DNA of 30,710 bases from the NCBI GenBank assembly GCA_016840095.1, contig JAEOSZ010000036.1, positions 1 to 30,710 of the forward strand. Direction: 5' to 3'. Within the stretch, counting starts at the first letter, position 1. Each line of letters starts with the position of its first letter. A program made the position numbers and the translations under genes. The notes beneath the pieces were generated by a model. It did no database searches, was not told where the DNA came from, and worked only from the letters and a program-made list of their open reading frames with translations. The stretch comes from Candidatus Heimdallarchaeota archaeon. GTDB lineage: Archaea; Asgardarchaeota; Heimdallarchaeia; Heimdallarchaeales; Heimdallarchaeaceae. Shown here one piece after another: positions 1-7,143 of this stretch.

Positions 1-2823
1 CTCTCTCTTCTACAAACACTGACATTGAGTAAATTAAAGAGTGAAATAAGAAAGCGTCCAAGCATCGCATCCTTAGGAGTATTTGATGAAGAGACAATCA
101 AGGAAATAGGTGAGTATTATCAGACTATTGATGAAATTCTATATGCCATGGAATCCGAAGATTATGAAGTATCTAGAATGTTGATTAACAAAGTTCAACG
201 AACACTAACTACTCCAGTAAAATTCATTATAGTACCCAAATTATCACTTAAAATCTGGAAAAAACTCAACGCTTCTGAAGATAAAGTAACAGATTTATTG
301 AAACTTTCAGATAAAGATCTTTCAACATTCCTTTCTATACCTCAAAGCGATATTTCTAAGATACGATCTTCTTTCAATGTAGAAAATGTTATCAAAGAAC
401 CATTACTTAAATCGAATATATTCTTATCACAACAAGACATAGAAACACTCACAAAAATAGGCTATAAGACTTATGATCAGCTAATAGAAAACATTGATTT
501 AGATAAATCAATACCAAAAGAAATTAAACCTAAAATAAACTTCATCCAATCTTTTGATATTAAACAATACGAACCTAAACTTGATGAATCTTTAACAGTA
601 TACGAACTGCTCTTCTTGATTAACAGTAAAGATAATCTTGGTATAACAAAGAGACAGAAAGATCTGATAGATTCTGCTGCAGAATTCTTTTTCTCAAAGG
701 GTTCCCAGTTATGTAATGTTTTGAATATTGATCCAACAGCCAAGAAATCACATTGTCCAGATATGACAATAGAATATATGTTTCTTATAGAAAAATACAG
801 TAAGCAATCATTTGACAATATCTGGAATAAACTTCATGATAAGATAAAACCAACTATAGAAACGTTACTATCTTATCTAAGAAGGTCACCAATAATTTTA
901 ACAAAAATCACTCCTGATAATATCTCGCTAATCTCATCTATCAGCTATAGAATGATTAGTGAATTACTATTACTCCCCAGAAATACTTTAAATGAACTAA
1001 TTCCAGATAAAACTCTTCAGCGAAACATCAGAAATATCTCACTAAATGTTCTTCAAGAATTTGAGAAGAATTTAACAAACTACCCTTCGTCTATTCTCTC
1101 TTCAGATGAACTTACTACAATCAAAAGAAACAATATCAACTCAATTGAAGAAGTGTTGGTTTTCTTAGAACAAACTAAGAAATCAGATACTAAGGTTTGG
1201 GGAATATGTGATAAAATTACTAAGATAATGGATACTGATTTATCTGCGATTCCAAGTATTCAACAAGACAAAAGAAAATCAGATGAAGTTATTAGGTTGA
1301 AACTGAATAACGTTTATGATTTAGTGAGATTCTGCCAGAATACTCAACAACCTGAAACCAGAGCACTCTGTTCAGATATCATGTACAAATTAAATTTTAG
1401 TAAGATTACCCAATCTGTTAGCGAAGAACAAAGTAGATTCAGCAGTTTCTTTAGAACAACAGAATATCTGCAATTTCTCAGAAAGAAGAACATACGAACA
1501 TTCGGTTCGCTTCTGAATTATACAAAAACTACTCCAGTTCAGGATTTAGAGCAGGAATTTGAGCAAATACTTTCTGTTCTTCGAGCACCATTATCATTAT
1601 TTACACTTGATCAAACACTTATCAAAAAACTTGGGGAATTAGAAATTCATCAAGTATTGAATCTTGTTATTCCAAAAGATATCAATAAACAAATTAAATC
1701 TAAACTAACAGAGAAACAACAATCACTCCTACAAGGAATATTGAAGCAGTTAAATTTCATCACTATCAATGAATTGTTACTGAGTTCATATCCTATATCG
1801 AAAGTGAGTTTCATTGATGAAAATTCAAAAAAACAACTAATGAGAACAGGTTATAGTACAATATCTCACCTCAATGTTCCAGATGAGATTCTTGTAGAAT
1901 CCACTAAGGTTAGAAGTTTGATTTTATCCAAAATAAAACGCATACTTAGCTCCCCTATTTACTATCTGACAGATATGATCCGCGATAATCCTAGAAGTGT
2001 TTTTGCACTATATGAAAACGATATCACAACATTATGGGGTGTTTATGCTTCTAATACTAAAGATATAGCCAAAATTATCAAGACAACAGATCGACAAGTG
2101 AAAAATTATCTTTCAACTCTAACTGATCAATCTATTCAATTAGCTCGAAAAGATCAGATTCCAGTGAAAGAAACATTACCTTACTTGGAATTATCTACAG
2201 TAACTACTTTACAAAATTCAGGTTTTGAGAGCCTTCAAGAAATCATGTTCCCATCTGAAAATAAAGCTAAATCTACAGCCCTCAAACTACAGCAAGTTTC
2301 TGATTTGAGGAAGTATATGAACAAACCCATAGATGAAATTGATGTAACTGAAGATGTTCTTCAACAAATTAAGCAACTTGGAATAACATCATTCAAGGAG
2401 TTTGTAGTTTATCCTTCTTCAACATTGGACGGGAAAATCAATATCAGTTATGTAGCAATAAAGAGACTCAAAAGCAAGCTTCCATTGAAGAAAATAAAAC
2501 CAACTAAAGCTAAACCAGCATCAAAAACAACAACTAAAAAGCCTTCTACAGCAACAGCAAAAAAAACCTCAACTGCTACCAAAACTTCAACTAAAAAGAC
2601 TCCAACAAAGAAGACTTCTACCAAATCTCCTAGTAAAACTACAGCAGCTTCAACAAAATCTTCTACAAAGACTACTAAGGTAACAACAAAAAAACCTGCT
2701 AGTAAATCTTCAACAAAACAAACTACATTGTTAGACCTTACTTCAAAATCTGCGGAAGTAAAGAAATCTTCGCAAACGAGTAGAAAAGCATCTACTAAAA
2801 ATACAAAGGGTGGAGAAAAATGA
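1..2823 (+). CDS. 5'-truncated large protein with about 11-12 degenerate HhH-like (RadA N-terminal domain / RNAP alpha-CTD-like) repeats and a basic K/T/S/P low-complexity C-terminal tail; putative DNA-binding protein
   Basis: Frame is open from position 1 (LSLLQTLTLSK...), so the TTG at 25 is probably not the true start. Recurrent motif P-h-x(n)-L-x-x-x-G-[YFI]-x-[TS]-h-x-x-h, e.g. LTKIGYKTYDQL, LMRTGYSTISHL, LQNSGFESLQEI, IKQLGITSFKEF. The last ~110 aa are almost only K/T/S/A/P. Confidence 0.75.
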   Translation, partial: LSLLQTLTLSKLKSEIRKRPSIASLGVFDEETIKEIGEYYQTIDEILYAMESEDYEVSRMLINKVQRTLTTPVKFIIVPKLSLKIWKKLNASEDKVTDLLKLSDKDLSTFLSIPQSDISKIRSSFNVENVIKEPLLKSNIFLSQQDIETLTKIGYKTYDQLIENIDLDKSIPKEIKPKINFIQSFDIKQYEPKLDESLTVYELLFLINSKDNLGITKRQKDLIDSAAEFFFSKGSQLCNVLNIDPTAKKSHCPDMTIEYMFLIEKYSKQSFDNIWNKLHDKIKPTIETLLSYLRRSPIILTKITPDNISLISSISYRMISELLLLPRNTLNELIPDKTLQRNIRNISLNVLQEFEKNLTNYPSSILSSDELTTIKRNNINSIEEVLVFLEQTKKSDTKVWGICDKITKIMDTDLSAIPSIQQDKRKSDEVIRLKLNNVYDLVRFCQNTQQPETRALCSDIMYKLNFSKITQSVSEEQSRFSSFFRTTEYLQFLRKKNIRTFGSLLNYTKTTPVQDLEQEFEQILSVLRAPLSLFTLDQTLIKKLGELEIHQVLNLVIPKDINKQIKSKLTEKQQSLLQGILKQLNFITINELLLSSYPISKVSFIDENSKKQLMRTGYSTISHLNVPDEILVESTKVRSLILSKIKRILSSPIYYLTDMIRDNPRSVFALYENDITTLWGVYASNTKDIAKIIKTTDRQVKNYLSTLTDQSIQLARKDQIPVKETLPYLELSTVTTLQNSGFESLQEIMFPSENKAKSTALKLQQVSDLRKYMNKPIDEIDVTEDVLQQIKQLGITSFKEFVVYPSSTLDGKINISYVAIKRLKSKLPLKKIKPTKAKPASKTTTKKPSTATAKKTSTATKTSTKKTPTKKTSTKSPSKTTAASTKSSTKTTKVTTKKPASKSSTKQTTLLDLTSKSAEVKKSSQTSRKASTKNTKGGEK

Positions 2824-4229
2824 CAGAAACATGTAATTTTATATTTTCAAATTCAACAGTTTTACCTGCAACAGAGCGTGCAGGAAGTTTTAGTAAAGAA
2901 ATTGTAACAAGAGAAATGTATGGGTGGGCTAGAGATACTTTTGATCTTAAACGAGGGTCATTTGTTCTATTTCTTAGGAGTAATAAGAAGTGGTATTTAC
3001 TTGAACCCACAAGAAAACTTTCTAGATACCCATTAGAAAAGACTACAATGAGTGTAAGCGTAAAGAAAACTGTATCAGTGGAGAAAATTAAAGCTTTAAG
3101 ACAAGATCTTCTGGAGAAGAAAGAGTATTTTATGCCTTACGGAGTTACTCATGTACAGACCAAATCTTCTCAAGATACTAATAACTTACTAATTGAGTAT
3201 GCTTTAGATTTCTTGAAACAAGCAATAGATAATCCGTCTGAAGCATCTTTTTATATTCCCTCTCGAAGTGGTTCTAATGTAGGTTTTGACGAAGAACAAG
3301 AGTTGGTTTTGATTGGTCGTCAAATGATAGAACGTCAATTTAGGAGTTTATCTTCAGTAAGTTCTGTAGAACAGATGACGATTATAATGAAATTAATACA
3401 TGATCTCCTTTCTAGGGATATTCATAGTACAAAAAGAGATATTTTCTATATGGATGTGAATTCATTTGAAAAACAATCAGTCTCAGACTCATTAGTTGAA
3501 GATCTGAGTGCAATGCTTCAAGTCACAAGATCATCTCTTAACGTTAGTGCTTCTTCTAAAGGAATAGTTGTCGGTAGAATAAGTTTCAAAGAAAAAGGTG
3601 ATTTGATTGATTGTAGAGCTATAGGCGCAGGAAAAGCAATCTCTCCAAATATAGATGACATAGAGGATTTTGATTCAGATGCAGAAATGTGTCTAGTTAT
3701 AGAGAAAGATGCTGTTTTCAATAGGCTTACTGAAGATCACTTTTACGACTATGTACCAAGCATATTAATTACTGCAAAAGGACAACCTGATATAGCAACA
3801 AGACAGTTTCTTAAGAAGATAAACGATGATCTTAATCTACCAATATTTGCATTAATGGATGCAGACCCATATGGTTTTGAAATTATGAGGGTTTATAGTG
3901 TTGGTAGTAAGGCTCTAAGTTTTGAAAGCACAAATCTAGCAGTTCCGAATATTAAATGGTTGGGACTTCTTCCAAGTGATCTCTCTCAAGAAAGTGGGTT
4001 TGATATCCCTCGAAGTGCTCTACTAAAGCTAACTTCAAAGGATATACACAGATCTAAATTGATGTTAGAAGAGGAATTTGTAAAACGTAAACCTCGATGG
4101 GAGGAACAATTGCAGATACTAATTGCAAGTGGATTTAAAGCTGAAATACAAGCACTAAATGCAAGAGATCCACAATATATAACAAATTTCTATCTTCCAC
4201 AAAAAATCGATGCCGGAGACTTTATCTAA
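2820..4229 (+). CDS. top6A: DNA topoisomerase VI subunit A / Spo11 family protein with N-terminal extension
   Basis: Catalytic Tyr motif TKRDIFY (Tyr210), TOPRIM Glu in IEKDAVF, KGQPDIATR, DxD in DADPYG, C-terminal KAEIQAL. ATGA overlap with the upstream gene. Confidence 0.96.
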   Translation: MTETCNFIFSNSTVLPATERAGSFSKEIVTREMYGWARDTFDLKRGSFVLFLRSNKKWYLLEPTRKLSRYPLEKTTMSVSVKKTVSVEKIKALRQDLLEKKEYFMPYGVTHVQTKSSQDTNNLLIEYALDFLKQAIDNPSEASFYIPSRSGSNVGFDEEQELVLIGRQMIERQFRSLSSVSSVEQMTIIMKLIHDLLSRDIHSTKRDIFYMDVNSFEKQSVSDSLVEDLSAMLQVTRSSLNVSASSKGIVVGRISFKEKGDLIDCRAIGAGKAISPNIDDIEDFDSDAEMCLVIEKDAVFNRLTEDHFYDYVPSILITAKGQPDIATRQFLKKINDDLNLPIFALMDADPYGFEIMRVYSVGSKALSFESTNLAVPNIKWLGLLPSDLSQESGFDIPRSALLKLTSKDIHRSKLMLEEEFVKRKPRWEEQLQILIASGFKAEIQALNARDPQYITNFYLPQKIDAGDFI

Positions 4230-4286
4230 CATAAAGTATAAGGGAAAAATTTGAGAAAGGGTTTACTCAAGTAATGTATGTAAAAC

Positions 4287-4640
4287 CTATTTTTTCTTAA
4301 GTATTATTTCAATAGTTGAAACTGTCTTAGGTGGCATATTTTCTTCATCAGATTGAATTTCTTCGGAACCGATTATGACGTCAGTTGTTTCGACCATATC
4401 CTGCAAGAATTTCCTTCTAGTAATTTCTGCAACATCTACTGCTTTAGAAATTTGTCTTCCACGAGCTTGAATATGACATGTATCGCTTTTGTTTAGTATT
4501 GTAACTGCAACTAGAACATAGCTTATGGTGTTTTTCTTACCAATATAGATTATTTGGCTTTGTTCTTGTTTCTTTGCAGGGGCTTTCTTTGCAGGAGCCT
4601 TCTTAGGTGCTTTTTTTTCAGTTGTTTCTTCATCACTCAT
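4287..4640 (-). CDS. albA: Alba chromatin (DNA/RNA-binding) protein with N-terminal KKAP(A) repeat tail
   Basis: IYIGKK..SYV, ARGRQISKAVDVAE and VSTIEI are Alba signatures. ATG at 4640 is preceded by a GGTGA Shine-Dalgarno, so it is preferred over 4649. Confidence 0.95.
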   Translation of the reverse strand: MSDEETTEKKAPKKAPAKKAPAKKQEQSQIIYIGKKNTISYVLVAVTILNKSDTCHIQARGRQISKAVDVAEITRRKFLQDMVETTDVIIGSEEIQSDEENMPPKTVSTIEIILKKK

Positions 4641-4795
4641 TTTGATCACCTGTAATATGTATTTACTATTATGCTTATGAGTAAGTAATAAAATGGCTCA
4701 CAACAAACTTAAAAATATTTCTACCTCAAAAGCATAAAAGAATATAAGTATCTAGTCCTCTGTTCCCCCAAGAAGCCTCTAAAGAGTAGAATGAG

Positions 4796-6505
4796 ATGAA
4801 AAAAAATAGATACCTTCGAGATTTTCTTCTGATTTCAATTAGCGTTTTCTCTCTTTCTATAATTTCTTTAGCCTTTGAATGGTTCTTACCTAAAATAGAC
4901 ACACGTGTTGATTCTCTTTTATATGGAGTAACTATTAGACACTCTGTATTTCTCTACATAGCTGTGGTAATTTCCTTCTTCTTATATGGATGGCACTTGA
5001 GAAGATGGTTCATCAAAAATAACTTCGAAACTGGAGATAAATCCTTTAACCATTTAATCTTGGTTCTTCTACCTATTTTTCTAGTTGGACTTGTTTACTC
5101 AGTAATAATTTCTTTTCTAAATCTTCCTGAACTACACATGTTTGTAAGATTTTCATCTCTCTTTCTAGAAGTTCTGCAATTTGTTGCAGTTAGTGCTATT
5201 TTAGGAGTTTTCTTCTATTCATCAATTGAAAGAAGGATGAGTAATCTGTTCAATAAAGAAATTCTAGAAGTAAAAGATAATGAGCTAGGTATCTCTTTGT
5301 TTCCAAAACAGATAAAACAAAACTCTAGAAAGTTTGGTGTTTTTCTTTCAATAAGTATAGCAAGCGTCTTTATACTCATAAACATGATACTGTTGATAAT
5401 TTATCCATCTGTAAAAGCAGTAACTATTGAAGCTGATTTAGATTTCTTTTATCCAAATTTCTGGTTTCAATTCGACCCTGCAGATGGATTAGCTCAAGAA
5501 TATTTCAAGAGAACATCAATCCCTTCTAATATTGTTTTTGATTGGAAACTTGCTCAAGCTATTCTTTCAGTAGTATTAATTTGTCTAATAATTTCAGTTC
5601 TCATAATAAGGGGAGAAGAAAAAGAAATCAAAAAAAAGACAGAATCAACAAAACTAACCAAAGAAGTAGAAGAAGAAAATCAGGAAGAAATCGCACTTAG
5701 ATTGTTTAATCCTAATACTAAAAATAATGAATATGTTCCCTCAAAATTTATAGAAACTACGACTTCTAGAAAGTATCTTCAATTCTTTTCCAGAGTAAAT
5801 CAAAGTAGTTTTCTACCTGCAATGAAGTTGATTGTGATAGGTATTTTTGCAATTCTATTTTCAGTTACTATCTTGCAAAATACAAATGCTTTGGGAAAAA
5901 TTTCACAAATCAATGATGAATATTCCAACTACATTCGCTTTACTCAGGTAATATGGGAAGGTTTTGGAGAAGAAATTATGTTTAGGCTTATACTATTTGG
6001 TTTACCTCTGTTTGTAATATATGGAGCACTCTATTCTATAAATAGAATATATGATATTCGATTAAAAAACAAATCACAGAATAAGGAAAAATCAATATTC
6101 GAAAGATATTTCATAAAGGAAAAATTGCAAAATCCTCTTTACTTCTTATCAGGTGGGTGGAAAAGATTAGATATACTATCTGTGATTTTGTTGATGTTCT
6201 CCTCTATTTCCTTTGCATATGTTCAAGCTCCTTATGGTTGGAATCCTTGGAAGATGATTTATGCATCAATTCTAGGACTTGTTTGTGGTTATGCATACTG
6301 CAAATATGGTTTGCATACTGCGATTCTGATCAATATTTCAACTTCTTTACTAATGAATTGGATTTTTGTTTCAAACCATGGTATAATACTTAATTCTCCA
6401 TTTTTGGTTTTTATTTGTTTGATCATTGGTTCCATTATTCTTCTGATTTTATTCTCACTAGCACTTTCTAAACTCTTTAAATTAGGTAGTAAATTGTTTA
6501 ATTAG
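4796..6505 (+). CDS. Polytopic membrane protein with C-terminal CPBP (Rce1/Abi, type II CAAX protease) domain, probably catalytically degenerate
   Basis: Many hydrophobic segments. EEIMFR (EExxxR) is present, while motif FxxxH reads FAYVQ and HxxxN reads NISTS. Confidence 0.8.
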   Translation: MKKNRYLRDFLLISISVFSLSIISLAFEWFLPKIDTRVDSLLYGVTIRHSVFLYIAVVISFFLYGWHLRRWFIKNNFETGDKSFNHLILVLLPIFLVGLVYSVIISFLNLPELHMFVRFSSLFLEVLQFVAVSAILGVFFYSSIERRMSNLFNKEILEVKDNELGISLFPKQIKQNSRKFGVFLSISIASVFILINMILLIIYPSVKAVTIEADLDFFYPNFWFQFDPADGLAQEYFKRTSIPSNIVFDWKLAQAILSVVLICLIISVLIIRGEEKEIKKKTESTKLTKEVEEENQEEIALRLFNPNTKNNEYVPSKFIETTTSRKYLQFFSRVNQSSFLPAMKLIVIGIFAILFSVTILQNTNALGKISQINDEYSNYIRFTQVIWEGFGEEIMFRLILFGLPLFVIYGALYSINRIYDIRLKNKSQNKEKSIFERYFIKEKLQNPLYFLSGGWKRLDILSVILLMFSSISFAYVQAPYGWNPWKMIYASILGLVCGYAYCKYGLHTAILINISTSLLMNWIFVSNHGIILNSPFLVFICLIIGSIILLILFSLALSKLFKLGSKLFN

Positions 6506-6543
6506 TACATCTTTGATTTGTCAAATGATTCTAAACTAAGAAA

Positions 6544-7143
6544 GTGATAATTTTGAGCTATGGACAAAAACTCTATTTGAAAGTTATACTTGCTGGAGAA
6601 GCAGGTGTAGGTAAAACTAGTCTTCGTCGATCATACCTGGGAGATGGTTTTATTACTGAACATCTTCAAACAATAGGTGCGGATTTTGCATCGTTACCAA
6701 AAAAAGTCCAGGACTATTCAGTTCTGTTCCAAATATGGGATATTGCTGGACAAAAAATATTTGAAAATTTGAGAATGTTGTACTATAAAGGTGCTTTAGG
6801 AGCATTAATGGTTTTTGACGCTAAAAAATTATCAACTCTTAAGAAACTAGATCAATGGATTGCTGAATTAGAAACTGGAACTGAACGAGGAATAGTTCCA
6901 TTTTCTGTTTTAGGGAATAAAATGGACTTAATTACACCAGCAACCAGAGATAAGATTAGAACACAAGTTAAGGTATATATTCAAACACTGAACAAGAAAT
7001 ATAAGGAAAAAGGATTCAACGTTGAATACTTTGAGACTTCAGCTAAAACTAATGAAAATGTCAGCGATGCTTTTGAGAATCTAGGATCTAAAATTATAGA
7101 TTTTATTCAATTTAGGAAGGATATGAGGAGGAAAAATGCTTGA
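6544..7143 (+). CDS. Rab/Ras-superfamily small GTPase
   Basis: G1 GEAGVGKTS, G2 TIGADF, G3 WDIAGQ, YYKGA, G4 NKMD, G5 ETSAK. No C-terminal Cys. The start may be the TTG at 6553. Confidence 0.95.
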   Translation: MIILSYGQKLYLKVILAGEAGVGKTSLRRSYLGDGFITEHLQTIGADFASLPKKVQDYSVLFQIWDIAGQKIFENLRMLYYKGALGALMVFDAKKLSTLKKLDQWIAELETGTERGIVPFSVLGNKMDLITPATRDKIRTQVKVYIQTLNKKYKEKGFNVEYFETSAKTNENVSDAFENLGSKIIDFIQFRKDMRRKNA

